A program made the translations under genes and the position numbers. 64,000 nucleotides of DNA, from NCBI GenBank assembly GCA_963758525.1, contig CAVWVQ010000003.1, forward strand, positions 3,456,001 to 3,520,000, written 5' to 3'. This DNA comes from an uncultured Phycisphaerales bacterium. GTDB taxonomy: Bacteria > Planctomycetota > Phycisphaerae > Tepidisphaerales > Tepidisphaeraceae. Positions 10,047 through 19,367 of the stretch are shown one piece after another; position 1 is the first letter of the stretch; every line of letters starts with the position of its first letter. The notes under the pieces are model-generated. The model saw only the letters and a list, made by a program, of their open reading frames with translations. It did not search any database and was not told the DNA's origin.

Positions 10047-11241
10047 CGCGGGGAGTCTAAAAGCCGAGGAGATGAAATGCCAGTGATGACGGCTCATTTG
10101 GGTTCATTGACGTTCATTGACGCGGCGTCAGGCGCAAGCCGGGCTTGCGGAGGGGAATCCAAGGAGGAACTGGCTGCGTTGCGCCGCGCGGTTGCTCGCG
10201 GCCGTCCCCACGGCGATGATCGCTGATCACAGCGGACGGCCAGGGCGCTGGGGACGGAAAGCTCCTTGCGCCCAATTGGCCGCCCGAGGACATCAAAGTC
10301 GCGCAAGAAGAAAGAATGATGCGGATGCCGGAACATTGGCTTATGACCCCTTTCCTCACTCCCCCTTTCCTCACTCTAGCCGTACAACAAAGAGATGCCG
10401 CGCACGAGAGCAGCTTCCGATTCACTTTCTGCTCTTGCCCGTCGCCTCTCTCTTTCCCTTTTTGTGTTTTTGTGTTTTTTGTGGCCATTCGCTGATTGAT
10501 CCCAACGCGCTCGGCCATGGTCTGCGCACATCGTCAATCAGAGTGCGACTTGGTGCTGAACCCGCGGCTGTCCCAGCGGATCTGTTGTCATTGCCTCACC
10601 GTATCATTTTCGCTCGACGCGATGCGACATTGATTGGCCTCCGGCTTCTCCGCTGCCAACGATTCGGTCTGTTCGAGGCGTAGGGTCCGCTCGGCGGCTC
10701 CTAAGGTACGCCTCGAATGGCCGAAAGCGGCGAGCCGCCGTGCGGACCATTCCTCGACTTCCGCGAGAATCCTCGACGGCGCTCTCCGCTGTCCATAATG
10801 AGTTATCCATTCAACCCGTTTCTAACAGCTGTCGCAGACGGTAATCCACCTTGATTGCGTGTGTCCAAAAGCCGACGGATCCTCCGTCGGAACTGCTCTG
10901 CGCCTGGGCCGCAGCCGATGTCTCGAACTCCTGACTCCTGGGTTCCCTCTCCTCTCCTCCGGCCCCGATTCGTGGCGTTGAAACTACGAAATCCCCCGTC
11001 TGCGATGCGACGTTTACTGTCGCCCGAATTTTGCAATCAGGACGTCCAGACCCCAGCTTCCCCCGCAAAGTGGCACGAAGTGGCACATTATTTTCCGAGC
11101 CCGACCGTGCTTTCAGCGGATTTCCCTCCTCGTTTAGCCGGTGGGCATGCCCGCCGTGTCGCCGCAGGCGAACCGATTTCCAAAACCACGCAGTGTCCTG
11201 CGCTATCCGATGCGCCGCGAAAACTTCTAACCGGACGAAAC

Positions 11242-11375
11242 TTGCAACGGCTCACCATCACACATGTCCGGCGATGGGTGGAACATCACCATCGGGTGGG
11301 ATATGGATCGGTCTATCAGGGCCGCTACAAGTCCTTCCCCGTCCAGGACGATGCGCATTTCTCCACGCTGGTGCG
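11242..11375 (+). pseudogene. Fragment of a second, divergent RAYT-like transposase
   Basis: LQRLTITHVRRW..GYGSVYQGRYKSFPVQDDAHFSTLVR aligns with LTNTHVKRY..GHLYQGRYKSFVVQEDGHLLTLLR of the adjacent copy. Confidence 0.75.
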
Positions 11376-11470
11376 AAGCCGGCAGAGGAGATTCCCCTGT
11401 AGTAGCAAGGCCGTCCCGGCTGTGATTCAAAAGCCACAGCCGAGACGGCTGTGCTGCAGCCTGCAGGAAG

Positions 11471-12228
11471 GCTGTTAAGGTGACATCCATCTTTCTTGAC
11501 GATGCTCATCCGCTGAATATATCATGCGGCCAGGCCCCGCACTTCTCGAGCCGCGATCGGCGGTCTGGTTTACCACGTTCTCAATCGCGGCAACGGCCGG
11601 CTGGAGATCTTCCGCAAGCCGGGAGACTTCCTGGCGTTTTGCGATCTGATGGTCGACGCCAAGGAACGGGCCGAGGTCGAAGTGTTCGGCTTCTGTCTGA
11701 TGTCCAACCACTGGCACATGGTGGTGCGGCCGCGTCGGGATCAGGACCTGGCGAGGTACTTCTCCTGGCTGACCAATACGCACGTGAAGCGGTACCGTGC
11801 TCATTACCGTCGGACCAGCGGCCATCTGTATCAGGGCCGCTACAAGAGCTTCGTTGTCCAGGAAGATGGGCATTTGCTAACACTGCTGCGTTATGTGGAA
11901 GCCGATCCATTGCGGGCGAACATGGTGGAGCGGGCGCAGGACTGGCACTGGTCGAGCCTGGGCTGCCAGAAAGAGCTGGCGAGACAACTGCTCGACGATT
12001 GGCCGATCGACCGCCCGCGGAACTGGACGGCGCTGGTGAACGAGCCGATGGATCCGGCCGCCGTGAAACGGGTGGCACTTAGCTTCGAGCGTGGCCGGCC
12101 GCTGGGAAGCGATCCCTGGACCCTGAAAATGGCGGGCCGGATGGGGCTGCAGTACACTCTGAATCCGAGAGGCAGGCCGAAGATGCCGGAAAAAGGCAAA
12201 TAAAAACGGTGGATGTCACCTTAACAGC
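11471..12228 (+). mobile_element. RAYT-like cassette copy 1, bounded by a perfect 19-bp inverted repeat
   Basis: GCTGTTAAGGTGACATCCA at 11471-11489 and TGGATGTCACCTTAACAGC at 12210-12228. Confidence 0.8.
11532..12203 (+). CDS. REP-associated tyrosine transposase (Y1 HUH, IS200-like); start codon reads AGG
   Basis: YHVLNRGN, CLMSNHWH (HUH), QGRYKS, RYVEADP, DWHWSS, RGRPK. Copy 2 has ATG at the equivalent position. Confidence 0.85.
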   Translation, partial: RPRTSRAAIGGLVYHVLNRGNGRLEIFRKPGDFLAFCDLMVDAKERAEVEVFGFCLMSNHWHMVVRPRRDQDLARYFSWLTNTHVKRYRAHYRRTSGHLYQGRYKSFVVQEDGHLLTLLRYVEADPLRANMVERAQDWHWSSLGCQKELARQLLDDWPIDRPRNWTALVNEPMDPAAVKRVALSFERGRPLGSDPWTLKMAGRMGLQYTLNPRGRPKMPEKGK

Positions 12229-12231
12229 TTC

Positions 12232-12472
12232 CCCTGACGCGCATTACGGCGATTGGACGGACGCGGATCCAAAAGTTTGCGATTGCATAACCAGTCAGGC
12301 TAAGCAGAAACAATTCAATAATAACGATAAAGCTGCGTACCGGCTCCTGGGAACGAATAGCAATTGGGCGTCGAAGTGCTACTTAAAGTCATGCTGTGGC
12401 CACGAGTTGGCATTGCCACCAGGGGCGGTCGGGGCGAATGACGGCACTCAATGCCCGAGCTGTGGTTGCTGA
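12232..12472 (+). pseudogene. Probable orphan Cys-rich toxin C-terminal fragment
   Basis: Open frame begins right after the inverted repeat with no credible start; ...CDCI...YRLLGTNSNWASKCYLKSCC...CPSCGC*; visibly more AT-rich; RHS context. Confidence 0.5.
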
Positions 12473-12554
12473 AGATTGGCATCGCGATGTTTTCAAGTTT
12501 CGGTTGGTTCTGTCGTCTACTATAAACGGGTACGAGATAGTTGGAGATGCTGCT

Positions 12555-12890
12555 ATGCTACGCCACCTAATGGGATTGCTGAATGTCGGCGTAATTCTAT
12601 TTGCAGCAGATGCAGGGTGCTGTACTGTTAGCCCCAACCAAGACCAAATTGAGGCATGGGTTCGCACTGAACTGCCGCGGGGGAGTACTGATTCGGACGT
12701 GCGCGCGTTCTGTGTCCGGCATCATTTCTTCTATGATCACAACGTCATGGCCGACAAGACCGGAGTCGAGCTTCTGCGTCCGCTGAAAGGATGTGATAGC
12801 CAGAAGCCAATGGCCACGATAACGGTCACCTACGACGCCGACGGACGACTGGTCGAGGCGGTAACTAAAACATTTGGTCTGACATTTTAA
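12555..12890 (+). CDS. Small exported/lipoprotein-like protein, candidate immunity protein
   Basis: GGAGA RBS, hydrophobic N-terminus ending AGCC, directly after the toxin-like fragment. Confidence 0.55.
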   Translation: MLRHLMGLLNVGVILFAADAGCCTVSPNQDQIEAWVRTELPRGSTDSDVRAFCVRHHFFYDHNVMADKTGVELLRPLKGCDSQKPMATITVTYDADGRLVEAVTKTFGLTF

Positions 12891-12957
12891 GAGGTCATGA
12901 GCGGGATGCAGCTGGTTTTGGAGAAACAGAAGCTGTTAAGGTGACATCCATCTTTGA

Positions 12958-12985
12958 TTGACAGACTTTTTGCCGGAGTTATGAT
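12958..12985 (+). promoter_or_regulatory. Sigma70-like promoter, probably giving a leaderless RAYT mRNA
   Basis: TTGACA-16-TATGAT with ATG 6 nt downstream; copy 1 has TTGACG-18-TATCAT at the same offset. Confidence 0.55.
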
Positions 12986-13303
12986 CCAACTATGCCCCGC
13001 ACGTCCCGCGCAGCTGTCGGCGGGTCTTGTCTACCACGTTCTCAATCGCGGCAACGGCCGGCTGGAGATCTTCCGCAAGCCGGGAGACTTCCTGGCGTTT
13101 TGCGATCTGATGGTCGACGCCAAGGAACGGGCCGAGATCGAAGTCTTCGGCTTCTGCCTGATGTCCAACCACTGGCACATGGTGGTGCGGCCGCGTCGGG
13201 ATCAGGACCTGGCGAGGTACTTCTCCTGGCTGACCAATACGCACGTGAAGCGGTACCGTGCTCATTATCGGCGGACCAGCGGCCATCTCTATCAGGGTCG
13301 CTA

Positions 13304-14224
13304 GGCTCTGTCTGACGGATCGAATGTTCGGCGCTCGTTAGGTATTGCGCGTTCTTCTATGATCGTCATGATGTTCTCCACATGGAGGACAGATGGCGCA
13401 CTACGAACTCACGGATGATCACTGGAACCTGATCAAGGCACTTTTCCCCGTACAAAAACGTGGCGGACGATGGAACGACCACCGCATCACGCTCAATGGG
13501 ATGCTCTGGATTCTTCGCTCCGGAGCTCCATGGCGAGACATGCCCGAACGCTACGGGAAATGGAAGAGCGTCTATGATCGCTTCAACCGCTGGCGGCGCG
13601 AAGGCTTCTTCGATCGCATCCTCAAAGCACTGCGGATTCGACTCAACAAGGAGGGCAAGATCGATTGGGATCTCTGGCTCGTCGACGGCTCCAATGTGCG
13701 TGCTTCTCGCGCTGCCGCCGGGCGCGCAAAAGGGGGCGCGGCCTCGACTTCGAACCGGCCGACCACGCGCTGGGCCGCTCGCGCGGCGGATGGGGATCAA
13801 AGTTCCACGTGGTTACTGACGGAAAGGGCCTTGTGCTCGCCGTCACCGTTACCGCGGGGCAAACGCACGAATCCACGCAGCTCCACAAGGTGATGCACGC
13901 GGTGCAGCACCCCTGCACATCGGCTGGCCGGGGAAGATCGCGGGCGACAAAGGGTACAGCTACGAAACCGTTCGCCAGTTCCTGGCCGATTGCGGGATCG
14001 AAGCCGTCATCCCGCGCAAATCCAATCAGCCACGACCAAAGGGCGAGCGATTCGATAAAAGCAGCTACCGCAAACGAAGCCGCATCGAGTGTGCTATCGG
14101 ATGGCTCAAGGAATGTCGTCGGCTGGGAACACGCTATGAGAAGCTGGCTCTTAACTTCTTGAGCTTCGCCAAACTCGCTATCATGCTGAAATACCTGAGG
14201 GTTCTCGATCCGTCAGACAGAGCC
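13304..14224 (+). mobile_element. IS5-family insertion sequence (IS427-like), 921 bp
   Basis: 20-bp terminal inverted repeat GGCTCTGTCTGACGGATCGA; TA duplication at 13302-13303 and 14225-14226. Confidence 0.92.
13393..14224 (+). CDS. IS5 DDE transposase spread over three frames (shift at AAAAGGGGG 13728-13736, second shift near 13925)
   Basis: ELTDDHW, WILRSGAPWRDMPERYGKWKSVYDRFNRW, VDGS, LGRSRGGWGSKFH, AGDKGYS, YRKRSRIE, RRLGTRYEK. Confidence 0.85.
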
Positions 14225-14697
14225 TACAAGAGCTTCGTTGTCCGGGAAGATGGGCATTTGCTGACACTGCTGCGTTATGTGGAAGCCAATCCATTGCGGG
14301 CGAAGATGGTGGAGCGGGCGCAGGACTGGCACTGGTCGAGCCTGGGCTGCCAGAAAGAGCTGGCGAGACAACTGCTCGGCGATTGGCCGATCGACCGCCC
14401 GCAGAACTGGACGGCGCTGGTGAACGAGCCGATGGATCCGGCCGCCGTGAAACGGGTGGCACTTAGCTTCGAGCGTGGCCGGCCGCTGGGAAGCGATCCC
14501 TGGACCCTGAAAATGGCGGGCCGGATGGCGCTGCAGTACACTCTGAATCCGAGAGGCAGGCCGAAGATGCCGGAAAAAGGCAAATAAAAACGGTGAATGT
14601 CACCTTAACAGCTTCCTGAATCCGAGAGGCAGGCCGAAGATGCCGGAAAAAGGCAAATAAAAACGGTGAATGTCACCTTAACAGCTTCCCCACGCTC

Positions 14698-17600
14698 GTG
14701 GCGAAGTACGGGTACGACGGCCGGGGCTTCCGCATCGTCAAGAAAACCTACACGTCTGGCACGCTCTCCGAAACCCGTGATTTCTACTTCACCAGCAACT
14801 GGCAGAGCATCGAAGAGCGGGTCGGCGGAAGTATGGTCGATCAGCACGTCTGGGGCGTCCGTTTCATTGATGAACTGGTCTGCCGCGACGATGCTACGCC
14901 CCAACGCCTCTACGCCATGCAGGATGCCAACTTCAATCTGACGTGCATCAGCGATGCCAGCGGCATTGTCGTCGAACGATACGTATTTGATCCGTACGCA
15001 AAGCGTGCTATTTTGAGCAGCTCGTGGGGCCTCATCTACACAAGCAGCTATGGATGGGTGGTAGGATTTCAAGGACTCAACTACGATAATTTTAGCAACG
15101 CGATATACGCAAGAAATCGATATCTTCACCAGCTAGGACTTTGGCTGAGCCGGGATCCTCTGAAATCTTCAATGGAGCGTAATTTATATCAGTATATCAA
15201 CAGTAATCCGTTGAAATACGTTGACCCAATAGGGCTACAAGCTGGTCCAACAAAACAGCCGACGACACGGCCATCGCTCATTCCGCCACAACATGTTCCG
15301 GCGGAGGACGACCCCAAATGCGGCGTCACTCTTAATCAAAGGAAAGAAATCGGCGGACACGAATGGATCGGTATCGATTTGGGTGTTCCAGGCCAGTTGC
15401 CTCTCGGTGCGGGATTTTGGCCCTCCGGTTGGCAAACGTGGGAACCAGCACGCAAAACTCAATCCGTAATTGGAACCGAGCAAGGGGAATATTCGAAGGC
15501 CGGCGATCCCCAAACAGGCTGGGGAGACCCATACGCGGGATCCACCCATTTGACTCGCAGCCGCGCACATCAGACGCTGACCTACGCAGTGAACGTGAGC
15601 ACCGGAGACGTCGGAAACGCCTTGATTGGAAACACCTGGTACGACCCCTCGGGAAATGTTCTGCAGAGCATCGGCGAGGGAGCCGGCAAAGTCTTCACCA
15701 AGCAAACCTACAACGGCGTCGGCTGGGTGATGTCCAGCTACCGCGGTTACAACACGTCGGGCGTCAGCTACTCGCAAGCGACGACCGTGTCCGGCGATAT
15801 CATCGTCGAGCAGAAGGACAACACATACGACGAAGCGGGGAATATCGTCGGTTCCGCAATGAGTCAGCGGCTCAACGACGCGCCTGCCAGCGGAACGGGA
15901 AGCACGGGCGCACTGTCGTACAGCAGCGATCCCAAGGCCCGCGTCTCGTACACGGCAAGCTGGTTCGACGGAGTTGATCGGGGAATCGCGAGTGCCAACT
16001 ATGGCGCAATCGCGAGTTTCACCCGGCCCAGTACACCGCCTTCGTCTTCGGCGTCCGTTCTTGTCACTTCAACCGCGTACGATGATGCCAGCCGGCCCTA
16101 CCAGGCGACCGACCCGATGGGCGTCCTGAACCAGACCGGCTTCGACAACGCCAATCGAACGACGCAGACAACCGAGGACCTCGGCGGGCTCGCACGCACC
16201 ACGAACTTCACGTACACGTTAGATAACCTGATCCGGACGATGACAGCGGTGAACTCCAGCACCGGCGACCAGACCACAACCTGGGTGTACGGCACGACAC
16301 TGGCAAATTCCGGCGTCGCCCGCAACGATCTGCTCCGAGCGACGATTTATCCCAACACCGATCTTTCGTGGGCGACACTGACCGCCGATCAGTGGACGAG
16401 CCTCACCGCCGCTCAGTGGGCCTCCCTACGGGCATATCCAGTGGATACGACATTCGCGAACTACAATCGACTCGGCGAGCAGACGACCTTCACCGATCAG
16501 CGGAGAGCTGTCCGGACCTTCACGCGCAACGCGCTTGGCCGGCAGACCGATGATGGCGTCACCACGGTCGGCGCGAATACCGACAGCGCGGTGTTGCGGA
16601 TCAGTCGCGCGTACGAAATTCGCGGCTTGGTCTCGATGATCACCAGCGCCGATAACGCCACGCCCGGCGCTGGCACGATCCTCAATCAGTTCAAACTTAC
16701 GTACAACGATTTCAGCCAGCTCAGCAAAGATGACCAGGAACATTCCGGCGCAGTCGGCAGTTCAACACCGAGTGTGCAATACGGCTACGACTCCGGCGCT
16801 TCGAGCTCGAATCAGGTTCGATTGAATCGCTTGACTTACCCGAACGCCCGCCAGATCACCTATAGCTTCGGAACCTCTGGCGGCATGAGCGACTACCTGG
16901 GCCGAGTGGAGGACATCATCGACACCACCAGCGGAAGCACGACGCTGGCGCAATATCTGTACGTTGGCGCAGGCAAGGTCATCCGAATCACCTACCCCGA
17001 GCCCGGCGTCTGGCTGGATTTGTGGGGTGGAACCTCGGGAACTTTCGCCGGAATCGATCTCTTCGGAAGAATCATCGACCAGCGCTGGCAGAACAACATC
17101 GCCAGCACGCCAGGCGATATCGACCGCTACAAATACGGCTACGACCAGAACTCCAATCGTCTCTGGAAAGCCAACGTCGTCGGCACCGCCGCCATGACCG
17201 CGGGACTCGACGAGTTCTACGTGTACGACCCTCTGAATCGCCTTACCGAAATGCAGCGGGGTGTACTCAACGGCACCCAAACGGGCATCACGGGAACGCC
17301 AAGCATCGAGCAGGACTGGACACTCGATCCCACCGGCAACTGGGCCAACTTCACGACCAAGGCCAGCGGAACGACGGATCTCGATCAAACCCGCACTGCG
17401 AACACTGTCAACGAGATCACCAACATTACAGAAAGCACCGGCCCGACCTGGGTCGTCCCGGCATACGATGCGGCGGGTAATACAATAACGATGCCGCAGC
17501 CGGCGAGTCCGACGAACAGCTTTGCCGCCGCATACGATGCATGGAACCGGATGGTCAGCATCAATGATTCAGCAAATCCGGTCGGTAAGTATCAGTATGA

Positions 17601-18759
17601 CGGCCGGAACTTCCGGATCGTGAAGAAAACATATACCTCGGGCGTGCTCTCGGAAACTCGCGATTTCTACTTCACGAGCAACTGGCAGGATATCGAAGAG
17701 CAAGTCGGCGGAAGCATGGTCGATCAGTACGTTTGGGGGATTCGCTATATCGACGAACTGGTCTGCCGCGATGATGCCACGCCGCAACGGCTATACGGCA
17801 CACAAGACGCAAACTTTAATCTAACGACCGTTACCGACAGCACCGGGACCGTAATTGAACGTTATCTATTTGATCCGTACGGCGTTCGAACGGTCATGAA
17901 TGCTTCATGGAGTATTTCGGGCTTCAGTAGCCATGCATGGCGCATAGGATTTCAGGGCTGGTACGAAGACGCAGAGAGCGCCCTGCAAAATGATCGAAAT
18001 CGTGTGCTCAGCGCGCTCATCGGTTCATGGCTGCAGCGAGACGACCGATACCGCCAAAACGCAAGCCTTTACTCTCTTGAGGGGAACTCCCCCATCGGCC
18101 GGCGAGACCCAACCGGCCGCGACTACTATTCCGACTCGGGCTTTGCGGGCCAGATTTCCCGCGACGAGTTTAACGAGCTGCGCGCGATCATCGAGAAGCA
18201 AACTGGCGAGGCGCATGGTTACGGGAGCGGCGTCGATACCGTAAGTGCCCTGTATGCTACGCAAGCTTTAGGATGGGACGTCAGCAAGCTCTCAGCCGCA
18301 CAGATATTTAAGTTCTTTCGGGAAGAACTGTCGGTACAGGCTGCTATGAACAACGCGTGGAACAAGAGCCTCGCAAACGATCCGGCGATACTTTGCTACC
18401 TCAATTGCAAGAAGAAGTCACTCGCGGGAGCGGCTGGAGTTGGAGGCCTCGGTGGTGCGCTTCCGAATCTTCCCTATTTCCCCAAGGTGTTGTCGTACCC
18501 ATTCCTGGATCCAGGTTCCTACGCCGACTATTTGAAGGGAGGGCCGATTGGAACATTACGCACTGCCGTAGCGGCAGTCGCCGAGCAGTTTGGGTTCGAT
18601 GGCGTATATGAGTCGCTGATGGCCGGACGCGGTCTCGCTCTTGTGCGCGGTGGGACGAGTCCGTTCCTCGCGTATGGCGGTGCGGGTGCAATCGAGGGAG
18701 CACTCCTCCTTGTCACATCGCTGTCGATATACTGCTCCCTCAAATGCCGCTGCAAATGA
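14698..18759 (+). CDS. Chimeric, N-terminally truncated RHS/YD-repeat polymorphic toxin with two core ends
   Basis: YD repeats; NPLKYVDPIG (D at 15223) and SPIGRRDPTG (D at 18106); duplicated core block at 14704 and 17587. Confidence 0.88.
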   Translation: MAKYGYDGRGFRIVKKTYTSGTLSETRDFYFTSNWQSIEERVGGSMVDQHVWGVRFIDELVCRDDATPQRLYAMQDANFNLTCISDASGIVVERYVFDPYAKRAILSSSWGLIYTSSYGWVVGFQGLNYDNFSNAIYARNRYLHQLGLWLSRDPLKSSMERNLYQYINSNPLKYVDPIGLQAGPTKQPTTRPSLIPPQHVPAEDDPKCGVTLNQRKEIGGHEWIGIDLGVPGQLPLGAGFWPSGWQTWEPARKTQSVIGTEQGEYSKAGDPQTGWGDPYAGSTHLTRSRAHQTLTYAVNVSTGDVGNALIGNTWYDPSGNVLQSIGEGAGKVFTKQTYNGVGWVMSSYRGYNTSGVSYSQATTVSGDIIVEQKDNTYDEAGNIVGSAMSQRLNDAPASGTGSTGALSYSSDPKARVSYTASWFDGVDRGIASANYGAIASFTRPSTPPSSSASVLVTSTAYDDASRPYQATDPMGVLNQTGFDNANRTTQTTEDLGGLARTTNFTYTLDNLIRTMTAVNSSTGDQTTTWVYGTTLANSGVARNDLLRATIYPNTDLSWATLTADQWTSLTAAQWASLRAYPVDTTFANYNRLGEQTTFTDQRRAVRTFTRNALGRQTDDGVTTVGANTDSAVLRISRAYEIRGLVSMITSADNATPGAGTILNQFKLTYNDFSQLSKDDQEHSGAVGSSTPSVQYGYDSGASSSNQVRLNRLTYPNARQITYSFGTSGGMSDYLGRVEDIIDTTSGSTTLAQYLYVGAGKVIRITYPEPGVWLDLWGGTSGTFAGIDLFGRIIDQRWQNNIASTPGDIDRYKYGYDQNSNRLWKANVVGTAAMTAGLDEFYVYDPLNRLTEMQRGVLNGTQTGITGTPSIEQDWTLDPTGNWANFTTKASGTTDLDQTRTANTVNEITNITESTGPTWVVPAYDAAGNTITMPQPASPTNSFAAAYDAWNRMVSINDSANPVGKYQYDGRNFRIVKKTYTSGVLSETRDFYFTSNWQDIEEQVGGSMVDQYVWGIRYIDELVCRDDATPQRLYGTQDANFNLTTVTDSTGTVIERYLFDPYGVRTVMNASWSISGFSSHAWRIGFQGWYEDAESALQNDRNRVLSALIGSWLQRDDRYRQNASLYSLEGNSPIGRRDPTGRDYYSDSGFAGQISRDEFNELRAIIEKQTGEAHGYGSGVDTVSALYATQALGWDVSKLSAAQIFKFFREELSVQAAMNNAWNKSLANDPAILCYLNCKKKSLAGAAGVGGLGGALPNLPYFPKVLSYPFLDPGSYADYLKGGPIGTLRTAVAAVAEQFGFDGVYESLMAGRGLALVRGGTSPFLAYGGAGAIEGALLLVTSLSIYCSLKCRCK

Positions 18760-19064
18760 TCGGCGCCGTGAAACCGCCGACGTGCTTTGGCTCGAAGGGT
18801 CCGGTGATGGGAATTGAGCACATTGACATGGCACGAAGACTGGAGAGCCGGCTCGCGGTGTCGCGTCGCGAGATTTGGGCCGACCCTCCGCCGAGGACCT
18901 TTGGCGAACTCTATTCAAATCTACGTCGATTGCCACAACTGGCGTCGGTGCCAGATGAATTATTATGGGAGGCGATCATCCAATCACTGCGCGGCACCGT
19001 GCATCCTCTGATTCCTCACATAGACGAGAATACAGAAATTGACGATATTCTCTCAGGACTATAA
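18756..19064 (+). CDS. Small protein, candidate immunity protein (start may be 18807)
   Basis: ATGA overlap with the RHS stop; position directly after the toxin tip. Confidence 0.5.
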   Translation: MIGAVKPPTCFGSKGPVMGIEHIDMARRLESRLAVSRREIWADPPPRTFGELYSNLRRLPQLASVPDELLWEAIIQSLRGTVHPLIPHIDENTEIDDILSGL

Positions 19065-19104
19065 CACTACGAAACCTGGGTGAGGAAAGACTGCTATGGA
19101 TGAA

Positions 19105-19134
19105 AACTTCTAATGGGACGTCCCGTTAGAAGTT
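19105..19134. repeat. 30-bp near-perfect palindrome; half-sites recur at 11219-11237 and 19380-19390
   Basis: AACTTCTAATGGGACGTCCCGTTAGAAGTT. Confidence 0.8.
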
Positions 19135-19367
19135 CTGCCGCCGAAAGATGGGAAGCGGCGCTTGGGATCCGGTAGAGCAGGCCTCGTATGCCTATTACGG
19201 CGCTTCGGACGCCAATGGCAACGTCAACGATCTTCAGTCCGCCTCCCGCCAGCTTCCCGATGGCTCGGGCGGGTGGAACACCGTCGCGGTGGAGTATGAC
19301 CGCTATTACCTGACCACCGCGGGCACCGGCATCGTTCACGGCCTGAAGATGCACTTCGGCACCGCAA
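19135..19367 (+). pseudogene. Probable RHS N-terminal/middle fragment
   Basis: QASYAYYGASDANGNVNDLQSASRQ...YDRYY...HGLK, RHS-like composition; no credible start. Confidence 0.6.

Larger units (their letters stand above)
12992..14587 (+). pseudogene. RAYT-like transposase copy 2, frameshifted near 13022 and split by IS5 at 13304
   Basis: MPRTSRAAVGG / LVYHVLNRGN...HLYQGR [IS] YKSFVVRED...MPEKGK*. Confidence 0.88.
12929..14689 (+). mobile_element. RAYT-like cassette copy 2, interrupted by IS5, with its right end duplicated
   Basis: GAAGCTGTTAAGGTGACATCCA at 12929; right ends TGAATGTCACCTTAACAGCTTC near 14594-14615 and 14667-14688; coding part near-identical to copy 1. Confidence 0.85.

Noticed and set aside
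10100..11200. Short ORFs and low-complexity motifs (CCCCTTTCCTCACT x2, TTTTGTG runs)
   Set aside because: No recognisable protein; looks like decayed intergenic repeat sequence.
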